Notes: generated from the letters alone by a model not told the origin. Positions 8,812-19,781 are shown, counted from the stretch's first letter. The stretch: 64,000 bases of DNA from Terriglobia bacterium (GCA_963695545.1 OY968796.1:352001-416000); one strand, 5' to 3'. A program made the numbers and translations.

Positions 8812-10848
8812 TTACAGTACCGAGGTGTTCAGCCATTGCAGTCGCTGCACCTTGGTGATGGTGTTGGTCGGCAACGCGCCGCCTTGCTGGATCGACGTCG
8901 AGGGAAACCAGGGTGGCGCGAAATTCGGCCGAGCCGTGAAGCGGCGATCGAACCAGACGTTTTCCGTGTCGATATCCGCGGAATAGATGCAACTTTGAAT
9001 CTGGCCGCCGACGTTGTTGAACGTGTTGGCACTCCCGGTGAACCCGCCGGTGCTGCCGTTGCAATTGCTCGATGCCTGCTGTGAAATAGTAGCGATGCTT
9101 CCATCCACCTCAATGTTCCTATTCGAATAATTACTTTGGACGCTGAAGTTGCCGACAGCGGTAAAAATGCCGAGAACCTGGTTCATGTTTTCAGCACTCG
9201 GAATCAGCGTGTCCACCGACGTGTTGGCGCAACAAGGCGGACTAGAACCGGCCACGATTTCGTTCTGAGTATCCGTCACGGGCTCGGTTTTGTAGAGCAC
9301 ATCTCCGGTGGCAGTAACGTTGTCCAGCGCCGTGATCGTGATCATGGCGTTGTCCTGGATGGCAGCAAGTCCTTGCCCCGGACCGCTGAGGCTGGTGATG
9401 CTCCCGTCGTCGTAGAGCATCGTCGAAGGTTCTCCGGTGAGCGTATCCATCGGGACGCCGCTGAGGGTCTCCGTCGTGGTGCCGGAACTGATCACGGTGC
9501 TGCCGACGCCGGCATTCGCGGCGGGATTAACAGTGATTGTAGTTACGGTGCTGCCCTGCGTAACGGTGTAAACCTGAGCGGTCGTGCCGCTCGGTTGGAG
9601 TTCGACGCTTGCATTGCCTTCAATATAAAAGCCGCCGCCTATGACACAAGGTATAGCCTTCGCTCCGCAACTGACGGCCGTTGTACCGGGATCGGTGAGA
9701 AAGACGCCCGTCGAGGCTCCGCCAGACGGATACGCTACGCCCTGAAGAGTCTGGACATCGGTGTGCAACTGGGCCGTCGTCGGCTGAACGGCCGCCGGTG
9801 AAGTTGCATTTCCGCAAACGTTGGCACCCTCGCCGCAACCCTGGCCGTCGATGACGGCCCACTCCTGGCTAAAGGAATTTACAGGCAGCGTAACAGGCGG
9901 CTGGCCGAGTTGATAGCCGGCTTGGAAGCTGGGATTTACGAGGCTGCTCCCACTTCCCCATGGCCCGGTCGTGCTGGACGTATTGCAACCCCAACTGCTG
10001 TTATACCAATTCATGTTCCCGCTCGCCTGACCAACAGGATCGGTGAAAATGTAGGGCGAGGTGTACGGCGGAATGGAGCTCATGAACTCCCACCCACCGT
10101 TGGTAAACATGGGTCCGGTCATGGTGCCGGGAACCAAGGGTCCATCGCAGGGAGGATACTTGTCAATGAACGCGCCGAAATACGCGAAACTCACCGCGTT
10201 CAGGGCCGCTTGCCCTGAAAGATTCATTGTAATGCTTCCATTTTCCGTCACCGTATCCTGCTCGCTTCCCGAAGCTGCGCCCAGCGAAGTCAGTGTATAG
10301 TCGTAGATGTATTGATAGCCTATTGGGCAAGGCGCCGAAACCGAACAAGAGCCTGTGGTGGTGTTGAACGCGCTGGGGGTGTTCCAACCTGCGACCACAC
10401 ACAGTGTGGCGCTGGTAATTTTGAAGCTCTCTTTCCAGGAAGTAGCGCCCGCGCCGAGGTTCAGCCCAGTTGGGCTTCCGTACTTGCTCAGGAGGTTCGC
10501 GACGACGGTGTTTCCGGTGCCAGAGCCACCGCCAATGCCACAGACGCTGCCCGGCGAAGCGATCGGCGGGACGGCCCAAGTGCCGGAGGGCGCGCTGCTG
10601 GTAAGTCCCGTCACGAGTTGCTCGCGCGCAATATTCAATCCGGAATCGGCGGCATAATACGAGCCGCGGAAATTACGGTAGTATCCGCCGATCAGAGTCT
10701 CCGAACTAAAGGCGATAACCATCCCCAAAGTCAGCGCGATAATCATCATCAACATGAGTAGCGTAAAAACCAGGGCGATGCCCCGCTCGCTGCGACTGGC
10801 GGGACGGCAAGATGGCGGATCAAAAGGTGTTGGCTGACGTTTTCTCAT
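8812..10848 (-). CDS. pilX: Large PilX/GspK-type minor pilin (ComZ/DUF4900-like), copy 2
   Basis: ERG|IALVFTLLMLMMIIALTLGMV; paralog of 4033-6108. Confidence 0.8.
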   Translation of the reverse strand: MRKRQPTPFDPPSCRPASRSERGIALVFTLLMLMMIIALTLGMVIAFSSETLIGGYYRNFRGSYYAADSGLNIAREQLVTGLTSSAPSGTWAVPPIASPGSVCGIGGGSGTGNTVVANLLSKYGSPTGLNLGAGATSWKESFKITSATLCVVAGWNTPSAFNTTTGSCSVSAPCPIGYQYIYDYTLTSLGAASGSEQDTVTENGSITMNLSGQAALNAVSFAYFGAFIDKYPPCDGPLVPGTMTGPMFTNGGWEFMSSIPPYTSPYIFTDPVGQASGNMNWYNSSWGCNTSSTTGPWGSGSSLVNPSFQAGYQLGQPPVTLPVNSFSQEWAVIDGQGCGEGANVCGNATSPAAVQPTTAQLHTDVQTLQGVAYPSGGASTGVFLTDPGTTAVSCGAKAIPCVIGGGFYIEGNASVELQPSGTTAQVYTVTQGSTVTTITVNPAANAGVGSTVISSGTTTETLSGVPMDTLTGEPSTMLYDDGSITSLSGPGQGLAAIQDNAMITITALDNVTATGDVLYKTEPVTDTQNEIVAGSSPPCCANTSVDTLIPSAENMNQVLGIFTAVGNFSVQSNYSNRNIEVDGSIATISQQASSNCNGSTGGFTGSANTFNNVGGQIQSCIYSADIDTENVWFDRRFTARPNFAPPWFPSTSIQQGGALPTNTITKVQRLQWLNTSVL

Positions 10849-10882
10849 GAGAATCTCCGGGATCGTTAAATCGTTCCATCGA

Positions 10883-12079
10883 TCAATCGTTCATACTCAT
10901 ATTTCGTGGGTTAACGACCACGGTTGCTCCCACGACCTGGTACGGGCCGCCGTCAAACGTATTTCGAAACGTATACGTGGGATCGGGGTTGGGATTGGTC
11001 CGGCCGATCAAAGAGATGCGCACGGACCGCACCAGCGTGAAATCGTTGTAGTAGCCGACATCGTTGGGATTAAAGTGGTAGGTCTCGCTGCTGGTGGCAC
11101 TCGCATCGTTCCAGGTAGCCGCGCCGACCTTGAAACCAATCACCTGCTCCGCAATCACGGTGGTAACGCCGCCCTGAATTCGGTCGAGCTTGGGATCGGA
11201 TGGAACACTCGTATCCACGGAGTAGGTGGTCGGCTCGAGCTTCATCACCCAATCCGTCCCGCAGAATTGATTCCCCAGTTTTGACGCGTAAGGAGGGGTC
11301 TGCTGCATTCCGCTGACGGCTGTAAATTGCAATGGATCGTTGGCCAAGCCGTTCGTGAAATAAGTTGCGGCCGATGCGATGTGAGTGAACTCGACGTAAT
11401 TCGTTCCGACGATTGGCGGAGCCGTCAGGACAAAAGTATTTACCAGCGCTCCATTACCTGCCGTGATGAGAATTAGCTGATCGCCGGTGTTGTATGACGC
11501 TGCCGTTCGCGTGGCCGCCTGCGACACCGTCTCGCTCCCTATCGGCGTGTACGGCTGTATATAAAACGCGGTACTCGTGGCGTCACTGCAGTTGCCGGTG
11601 CCCGAGCCGCCGGTCGCGTCGGTCGGGTGTGCCGGGGCGATCGTCGGATTCATCGTCAGTATGTTCAACGTATCGAAGCATTGAGGACCATAGGTGAAAG
11701 TCGCCGGAGTGTTGCAAGGCGAGGTGGGAAGTTGATTGACGATGGAGACGCCCACCGGCCAGCTCGGGATGTTCACGCCGGGGAAAAAGCCTGTACCGGC
11801 GTTAGCCAGATTGAGTTGGATCTGAGTGATGGCGTTCTGCATGGCAATGTTGGTGCCCGCCAGATTCTGCTGCGAAGTGAAATAAGGCGCGTGCTGGCGG
11901 AACAGCGCAAAGGTGCTGCCGGCGATGATGGCGAACAGCACCATGGCCATCAAGAATTCGATCAGCGTGAAGCCCGACATTCTAAGAAGCGCGCTTCGCG
12001 CAGGCCGGTTAAGCAATGCATTCCGCGCAGGCTCGGCGGCGCTAGTTACGGCGCGCTTTTCCAAGTCAGTTTTGCTCAT
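10883..12079 (-). CDS. pilW: PilW-like minor pilin, copy 2
   Basis: SG|FTLIEFLMAMVLF; ATGA overlap with pilV stop at 12076-12079. Confidence 0.8.
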   Translation of the reverse strand: MSKTDLEKRAVTSAAEPARNALLNRPARSALLRMSGFTLIEFLMAMVLFAIIAGSTFALFRQHAPYFTSQQNLAGTNIAMQNAITQIQLNLANAGTGFFPGVNIPSWPVGVSIVNQLPTSPCNTPATFTYGPQCFDTLNILTMNPTIAPAHPTDATGGSGTGNCSDATSTAFYIQPYTPIGSETVSQAATRTAASYNTGDQLILITAGNGALVNTFVLTAPPIVGTNYVEFTHIASAATYFTNGLANDPLQFTAVSGMQQTPPYASKLGNQFCGTDWVMKLEPTTYSVDTSVPSDPKLDRIQGGVTTVIAEQVIGFKVGAATWNDASATSSETYHFNPNDVGYYNDFTLVRSVRISLIGRTNPNPDPTYTFRNTFDGGPYQVVGATVVVNPRNMSMND

Positions 12080-12723
12080 GGACGCACCAGGCTCATTTGA
12101 AAGGACACCGGAGGCTGCACGAACCCATTCAGACACGTCACGAGCACGGTGATCCTGCGAACGCCGATGACGGGCTGATTGAGTTCGATAATCCAGCGCC
12201 TCTGAAACGCGATGGCTCCCGTGATGGACGGTGGCGTGGAAGTCGGGGCCGGCGGTGGGTCCGTAAGCATGCCGGAAGCCGGAGCCGCGATCGTTGTGTA
12301 CTGCACGTTTCCGCTGGCGTTCAGACTGCTGACCACCTCGTCGAGCGCGCCCTGGGACGGATTGAAGAACACTTCGTCGTAATAACTCACTGCTTCCGTT
12401 GTGCCGTTCGCGGTCACGTCTTGCACGACGTTCGCAGTCAGACTCCCAGCGCTCGTGCCGTTCGTGACGACGACGTTCGGGTCACCCGTATCGATGCCGG
12501 TATTTACGTTGTACGACGCCGGCCAGCGATTCAGATCCTCGAGCTTTTCCGAGGCAATCGTGGCCGCCTGGTTCATGTACTCGCTGCGTGAAGTGCCGCC
12601 GACCACGCTGCCGATGAGCGCCGCCGCGGACAGTACTCCAACGGTGAGAATGAATGAGGCCACGAGGACCTCGACGATCGTGAAGCCGCGCGAATTTCCG
12701 TTACTGGACTGTGATCGATCCAT
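12076..12723 (-). CDS. pilV: PilV-like minor pilin, copy 2
   Basis: RG|FTIVEVLVASFILTVGVLSAA. Confidence 0.8.
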   Translation of the reverse strand: MDRSQSSNGNSRGFTIVEVLVASFILTVGVLSAAALIGSVVGGTSRSEYMNQAATIASEKLEDLNRWPASYNVNTGIDTGDPNVVVTNGTSAGSLTANVVQDVTANGTTEAVSYYDEVFFNPSQGALDEVVSSLNASGNVQYTTIAAPASGMLTDPPPAPTSTPPSITGAIAFQRRWIIELNQPVIGVRRITVLVTCLNGFVQPPVSFQMSLVRP

Positions 12724-13189
12724 AGTTGGATACCGTGACAGTTTTTGTCGCGCCTCCGTAAGATACCGAGTAGTTCATCTGGCCGAGGACGGCGGTAACC
12801 GAACCGTTAGGGCTGAACTGAAGCGTCGTGCTGGCGCTGAACGCGACGACCGAACTCGCAAAAGGTACCGCGCTGCCGACGTCACTGAATCCGGGCCCGC
12901 CCGGGGCCTCACTCAATACCTGAAAAGTGTTGTTGGCTGCATTGAATGCGACCTGATAGGAATAGCCGTGCATGATCGCCTGGTAGCGTGTGGTCTGGAT
13001 TGCCCAGGTCGAGGCCGACACCGCACTGTTCAACCGATAGGCGTACAGCGCGGCCTGAAGCTGCGGAAGCGCAATACCCGCGAGCGCCAAAACTACGAGC
13101 ATGACGACCATCAACTCCAGCAAAGAAAAGCCGCGCTGGGTTCTCGCGGCGTCTCGGTGGCGCTTGAACCAATCGGATTGCAAGAACAT
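12701..13189 (-). CDS. fimT: FimT/FimU-like minor pilin, copy 2
   Basis: RG|FSLLELMVVMLVVLALAGIALP. Confidence 0.78.
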   Translation of the reverse strand: MFLQSDWFKRHRDAARTQRGFSLLELMVVMLVVLALAGIALPQLQAALYAYRLNSAVSASTWAIQTTRYQAIMHGYSYQVAFNAANNTFQVLSEAPGGPGFSDVGSAVPFASSVVAFSASTTLQFSPNGSVTAVLGQMNYSVSYGGATKTVTVSNYGSITVQ

Positions 13190-13257
13190 TATCTATTCCT
13201 CTGAGTAAACTCTGGTGTTCCGCGATGAAACTGGAAACCAATCGCTACTCTAGGAAG

Positions 13258-13274
13258 TGCACGTTCGACGCCAG
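13258..13274 (-). promoter_or_regulatory. Sigma-54 (-24/-12) promoter of pilin cassette 2
   Basis: Minus strand reads CTGGCGTCGAACGTGCA = GG-N10-GC; homologous to 8490-8506 while the flanks diverge. Confidence 0.75.
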
Positions 13275-13610
13275 CCGCCGGACGGTGGGCAACACGCTTG
13301 TAATCACGGCCTCACAGATGACGTTTCACAGTGAAACTAGGCTTGCGAGGCACGCTGATCGGTAGAATCGAACCAAACATGGGACGCGACGATTTCGGAT
13401 ACGTAATCGCCGTGTCACACGCCGTGTCTCGCACTGAAACTGAATGCGTCAATCGCTCCGATTCAATGAGTCGGCGTTGAACACTCGACGTGAGGCCGGC
13501 GAAGCGAGCGGCGCGCTTGACAATCGCGCGTCTGAATCGCAGACTCTCGCGCGAACGCGGGCGGCTCCGTAAATTGCAGTGCCCGCCGCTCAACAACGAA
13601 GGAGCAAGAC

Positions 13611-14018
13611 GTGAAAATTAACTACGCCGCGGTATTTGTCTGCGCCGTGCTGTACTTCCTGCTGGGGTGGCTCTGGTTCGGTGTACTGTTTGGCCAGCGG
13701 TGGATGGCGCTCGAGGGAATCACGATGGCGCAAGGCCAGAAGGGCGCCGCGTCGGAATACATTACTTCGTTCCTGCTGGGCCTACTGATGGCTTACTTCC
13801 TGGCAAACATCTGCGCGTGGCGCAATGCGAACACCGCCGGCCGCGGCGCCGCGATCGGCGTGCTGCTGTGGATCGGCTTCATCGGACCAGTCGCTTTCAC
13901 AACCAACATGTACGAGGGCCGGCCCAAGCTGCTTTTCGCTATCAACAATTTCTATCCGCTGGTGGGACTTTGGCTGATGGGGGCCGTCCTGGGCTTGTGG
14001 AAGAAAAAACCGGCGTAG
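13611..14018 (+). CDS. DUF1761 family membrane protein
   Basis: INYAAVFVCAV...LGWLWF..LFGQRWM N-terminus, four TM segments; AAGGAG RBS before GTG. Confidence 0.8.
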   Translation: MKINYAAVFVCAVLYFLLGWLWFGVLFGQRWMALEGITMAQGQKGAASEYITSFLLGLLMAYFLANICAWRNANTAGRGAAIGVLLWIGFIGPVAFTTNMYEGRPKLLFAINNFYPLVGLWLMGAVLGLWKKKPA

Positions 14019-14040
14019 AGGATCAGCGGGCGAACGTATC

Positions 14041-14115
14041 TGGTAGCGCTAGCGGGAATCGAACCCGCATTTCGGCCTTGAAAGGGCCGCGTGCTAACCG
14101 TTGCACCATAGCGCC
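14041..14115 (-). tRNA. tRNA-Glu (anticodon UUC)
   Basis: Cloverleaf: acceptor GGCGCTA/TAGCGCT, D-arm GTGC/GCAC, anticodon stem CGGCC-CTTTCAA-GGCCG, T-arm GCGGG-TTCGATT-CCCGC, encoded CCA. Confidence 0.97.
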
Positions 14116-14219
14116 ACAGTGTTGTGCTGACGCCCGCGTTCGGGCCTTCAATCGTAGCACATTGGGCGCGCGTAATCAGCGCTTCGCGGAAGCTGCGGAT
14201 GGACACGCGCGGGGCGGCG

Positions 14220-14441
14220 TCAACCGCCGTGGCGCTCTTTGTATTCCTCGTACCACGCCATTTGGATGGCTTCGAGTTTGCCTTCACTCGATTCCTGCGC
14301 GTCGCCGGAAAAACCTTCAAGCTCGACGACCCATTTGTGCAGATCTGTGTAGCGGACAGTGAGCGGATCGGTGTCGGGATACTTCTCGGAGAGTTGGATG
14401 CCGATCTCTTCGGCGTCGCTCCAATCGAATTTCGGTGGCAC
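14220..14441 (-). CDS. iscX: Fe-S cluster assembly protein IscX
   Basis: WSDAEEIGIQL...DPLTVRYTDLHKWV...KLEAIQMAWYEE; last gene of isc operon. Confidence 0.93.
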   Translation of the reverse strand: MPPKFDWSDAEEIGIQLSEKYPDTDPLTVRYTDLHKWVVELEGFSGDAQESSEGKLEAIQMAWYEEYKERHGG

Positions 14442-14456
14442 GGTCGGACCTCCGCT

Positions 14457-14867
14457 TTAGTGGTCGGCTTCCTTCGCGTAATTCTTATTCCACTCCGGAA
14501 TCTCGACGACAAGATCGCGCGTACCGTCGGGCACGCACTGGCATCCCAGGCGTGATTTCGGCGTGAGACCGGGCGCTTCGTCGAGCTGGTCGAGTTCGGC
14601 GTCGGTCGCTTCGTTGCACGATTCAAGCCCTTCGTGCACGATCACGTGGCACGTCGAGCAAGCACACACTCCGCCGCACGCGTGGTCGAGACCCATGTGG
14701 AATCCCGTGGAAATATCGAGGATGCTTCCCGGCAAACCATCGTGGCCGAACGGAATTTTCGCCGGATCCACCTCGACTATTTTATCTTCGCCGACGAACG
14801 TGACCTTGAATTTTCGGGTCGCGGGCGTGTACTTGGCCTGCTCGATGTAAGGATTTGAGCCGCCCAT
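14457..14867 (-). CDS. fdx: ISC-system 2Fe-2S ferredoxin
   Basis: HACGGVCACSTCHV...SRLGCQ. Confidence 0.92.
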   Translation of the reverse strand: MGGSNPYIEQAKYTPATRKFKVTFVGEDKIVEVDPAKIPFGHDGLPGSILDISTGFHMGLDHACGGVCACSTCHVIVHEGLESCNEATDAELDQLDEAPGLTPKSRLGCQCVPDGTRDLVVEIPEWNKNYAKEADH

Positions 14868-14916
14868 CGTCGCCCTCCTCTCGTCACTTGCTCTGCTGCA
14901 ATTTCTGAAACTCGAT

Positions 14917-16758
<1,842 letters not shown>

Positions 16759-16801
16759 TTCGTGCGAGGCCTCCGCGCCCTACGTGATCCGCGCACAACA
16801 A

Positions 16802-17503
16802 TCAACAATTCTCGTTCAACTCCCTCTGGACACTGAGGACAAGATTTCCTATATAGGACCGACGATTCAACGCTGCGTTCAGACGCTCCAAAATGGCGCG
16901 CCGAGTCGTGGCGTCAGCTCCCGCATCTGCAGCGCGGTCCCACTCCCCACTGAGTCTAAGAAGCTCTGCGTTAATTCCGTCCCTCTTGCTCGTAAAATTG
17001 TTTGCTGCGAGCAGTAGCTTTTTATGAAGAGACGCTCGCTCCGCGGCACCCCCCCCCGCCGTTCGGGCCATACGCATTTCATCAAGAGACTCGTTCAAAT
17101 CAAAAACCTCTTCGAGCAATTCAGGAGGAGCCTGTTGTTTGTTCTGGCCTTCCCGACGCATGCCCTCCTTCGCAAGCAAATACTCTAATCGCGAAAAGGC
17201 GTCTTGAAGCGTGCGATATGCGTCGTTCAATTGCGAAGAACGCTCGAGCGACAATTCGCGCTCGGCTTCCGTTGCACGCACGAAATTGTCGGGATGCAAC
17301 TTCCAACTGAGCGCGTGAAATCGCTGCTCGAGATCGGCCGGATCGAGCGCCAGCTTCTGCGGCAGGCCGAAGAACGCGAAATAGTCCGTGTCGCGCGCGA
17401 GCGGCTGAATCTTGCCGCACGCCGCGCAAAAATGACCGCTGGCAGCGAGCTGCCCGCAGCTCCAGCAATTTATCCCCGTCGTGGCTGTGGATGCGCTGCT
17501 CAT
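16802..17503 (-). CDS. hscB: Fe-S assembly co-chaperone HscB with N-terminal CxxC-CxxC zinc module
   Basis: CWSC...CAACGKIQP, DYFAFFGL, J-domain HPD; 3' half has anomalous codon usage. Confidence 0.9.
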   Translation of the reverse strand: MSSASTATTGINCWSCGQLAASGHFCAACGKIQPLARDTDYFAFFGLPQKLALDPADLEQRFHALSWKLHPDNFVRATEAERELSLERSSQLNDAYRTLQDAFSRLEYLLAKEGMRREGQNKQQAPPELLEEVFDLNESLDEMRMARTAGGGAAERASLHKKLLLAANNFTSKRDGINAELLRLSGEWDRAADAGADATTRRAILERLNAALNRRSYIGNLVLSVQRELNENC

Positions 17504-17530
17504 GATTATCGGTGCCGCGCTGCGCGGCCG

Positions 17531-17568
17531 AAAAAAATGGCTGGCGGGCGAATCGCTCCCGGCCAGCC
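17531..17568 (-). terminator. Internal intrinsic terminator/attenuator between iscA and hscB
   Basis: Minus strand ggctggccgggagcgattcgcccgccagcc-a-TTTTTTT: GC stem plus U7. Confidence 0.7.
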
Positions 17569-17637
17569 TCGCGCCGCTTCAATTGCCCCCAAATCGTGCC
17601 TAATGCCCCGCCCTCGATCTCCGAACGCGCCGCGCCG

Positions 17638-17967
17638 TCAGGCCGAAAACGAAGTGCCGCAACCGCAACTGCGCGTCGCCGCTGGATTCTGAAACACGAA
17701 GCCGCGGCGGATCAGCGTCTCTTCGTAATCGAGCGTGGTCTCCGCAAGATAGAGCAAACTCTTCGGATCGACGAAAACGCGCGCCCCATTTTCCTCGAAC
17801 ACGTTGTCGCGGTCGCGAGCCTGCGTCTCCAGACGCATCGCGTAGGTCAGGCCCGAGCAACCGCCGCCTTGCACGCCCAAGCGCAGGCCGCCCGATTGTT
17901 CCGGCACACCCTCCTTGATCAGGAGTTCGTGGATTTTTTGCGCCGCTTTTTCCGTGACGTGAACCAT
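17638..17967 (-). CDS. iscA: A-type Fe-S carrier IscA/HesB
   Basis: GGGCSGLTY ... CGCGTSF. Confidence 0.93.
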   Translation of the reverse strand: MVHVTEKAAQKIHELLIKEGVPEQSGGLRLGVQGGGCSGLTYAMRLETQARDRDNVFEENGARVFVDPKSLLYLAETTLDYEETLIRRGFVFQNPAATRSCGCGTSFSA

Positions 17968-18081
17968 GACGCTATCCTTTACCTCACCCTCTGCACTATT
18001 AGATGAACGACGGTCCGCGACGACGCGCGCAACCGTGCTTGGAGCCTGAGCGGCTTCGGCGGGATAGCCCGCCGCGCGCGC

Positions 18082-18504
18082 TCAGGAATGCGACGTAGTG
18101 CTCTTCTCGGTGGTCGTGGCGACGCCGTTCTTCTGCTTCCAATCGCCGATCGCCGCTTTGATCGCGTCTTCCGCCAGCACGGAGCAGTGAATCTTCACCG
18201 GCGGCAAGCTCAGCTCGCGGACGATGTCCGTGTTCTTGATCGCCAAAGCCTCTTCGACCGTCTTGCCCTTCACCCACTCGGTCGCGAGCGATGAACTGGC
18301 GATGGCCGATCCGCAGCCGAAGGTCTTGAATTTGGCTTCTTCAATGACCTGCGTCTCCGGATTGATGCGCATCTGCAGCTTCATCACGTCGCCGCATTCC
18401 GGCGCGCCGACCAGACCCGTGCCGACGTTTGCGTCGTCCTTGGGCATGCTGCCGACGTTGCGCGGATGATTGTAGTGATCGATCACTTTATCGCTGTACG
18501 CCAT
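18082..18504 (-). CDS. iscU: Fe-S scaffold IscU
   Basis: GAPECGDVMKLQ, FGCGSAIASSS, LPPVKIHCS. Confidence 0.97.
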   Translation of the reverse strand: MAYSDKVIDHYNHPRNVGSMPKDDANVGTGLVGAPECGDVMKLQMRINPETQVIEEAKFKTFGCGSAIASSSLATEWVKGKTVEEALAIKNTDIVRELSLPPVKIHCSVLAEDAIKAAIGDWKQKNGVATTTEKSTTSHS

Positions 18505-18537
18505 GGTGTCTCCCCTTTATCACTCGAATCGAAATCG

Positions 18538-19758
18538 TCAGTCCACTTTCCAGGTCAACTTGCTCAAGTCCACGCCTTCTTTGGCCATTTCATACAGCGG
18601 TGAAAGCTCGCGCAGACGAATCACAACTTCGGAAACGCGATCGACCACGTAATCCACTTCTTCTTCGGTATTGAAACGGCCCAAGCCGAAGCGGATCGAA
18701 GTGTGCGCCAGGTCCTCGCCCACGCCGAGCGCTTTCAGCACATAACTCGGTTCGAGTGTGGCCGAAGTGCAAGCCGAGCCGCTCGACACCGCGATGTCAT
18801 TAATTCCCATCAGCAGCGATTCGCCTTCGACGAACGCGAAGCTCACGTTCAAATTGTTCGGCAAGCGGTGTTCCATCGAACCGTTGATGTAAAGCTCATC
18901 GAGGCGTGCAAACAATCCGTCTTTCAGGCGGGTGCGGAGCGCGAGCATGCGGGCGGACTCAACCGGCATTTCGTTTTGACAAATCTCCGCGGCCTTGCCC
19001 ATGCCCACGATCCCCGGCACGTTCAGCGTGCCCGAACGCATGCCGCGCTCGTGCCCGCCGCCATCGATCACGGCCGCCAGTTGCACGCGCGGATTGCGAC
19101 GGCGAACGTACAACGCCCCGACGCCCTTCGGCCCGTACATCTTGTGCGCGCTGATCGAAAGCAAATCGATATTGTCCTTCTGCACGTCGACGGGAACTTT
19201 TCCGGCAGCCTGCACGCCGTCCACATGGAACAACACGCCCTTTTCCTTCGCGATCTTGCCGATTTCCGCGATGGGCTGGATCACGCCAATTTCATTGTTG
19301 GCATACATGATGGTGATCAAAATCGTCTTCGCCGTGATCGCGCGGCGCAATTCCTCGAGATCGACGCGGCCATCTTTCTGCACCGGCAGGTAGGTAACCT
19401 CGTAGCCGTACTTCTCAAGACGCTTGCAGGTGTCCAGCACAGCCTTGTGCTCCGTGACCTGCGTGATGATGTGATTGCCCTTCTCGCGATACATTTCCGC
19501 GACGCCCTTGATCGCCAGATTGTCCGATTCCGTGGCGCCGCTGGTGACGATGATTTCTTTCGGCGTAGCGTTGATCAGCCGCGCCACTTGGCCGCGCGCG
19601 TTCTCCACCGCCTCTTCGGCCGTCCAGCCAAAGGAATGATTGCGGCTCGCGGAGTTGCCGAACTTTTCGCGAAAATACGGCAGCATTGCGTCCAGAACGC
19701 GCGGGTCAACCGGCGTCGTGGCGTGATTGTCCATGTAAACAGGTAGATTTATGGCCAT
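18538..19758 (-). CDS. iscS: Cysteine desulfurase IscS
   Basis: [27 protein letters not shown]. Confidence 0.97.
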   Translation of the reverse strand: MAINLPVYMDNHATTPVDPRVLDAMLPYFREKFGNSASRNHSFGWTAEEAVENARGQVARLINATPKEIIVTSGATESDNLAIKGVAEMYREKGNHIITQVTEHKAVLDTCKRLEKYGYEVTYLPVQKDGRVDLEELRRAITAKTILITIMYANNEIGVIQPIAEIGKIAKEKGVLFHVDGVQAAGKVPVDVQKDNIDLLSISAHKMYGPKGVGALYVRRRNPRVQLAAVIDGGGHERGMRSGTLNVPGIVGMGKAAEICQNEMPVESARMLALRTRLKDGLFARLDELYINGSMEHRLPNNLNVSFAFVEGESLLMGINDIAVSSGSACTSATLEPSYVLKALGVGEDLAHTSIRFGLGRFNTEEEVDYVVDRVSEVVIRLRELSPLYEMAKEGVDLSKLTWKVD

Positions 19759-19781
19759 GCTCTTTCTCTCCCCTGAACTCC

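Larger units (their letters stand above)
8716..13280 (-). repeat. Copy 2 of the tandemly duplicated minor-pilin transcription unit
   Basis: Homologous to 3907-8510. Confidence 0.95.

Noticed and set aside
3907..13280. Diversity-generating retroelement or shufflon explanation for pilin variation
   Set aside because: No reverse transcriptase or recombinase nearby; differences are not adenine-specific; copies are direct, not inverted
14041..14115. tRNA-Glu as integration site for a pilin island
   Set aside because: No integrase and no repeat of the tRNA 3' end seen in the window (only a 9-nt match near 4706)
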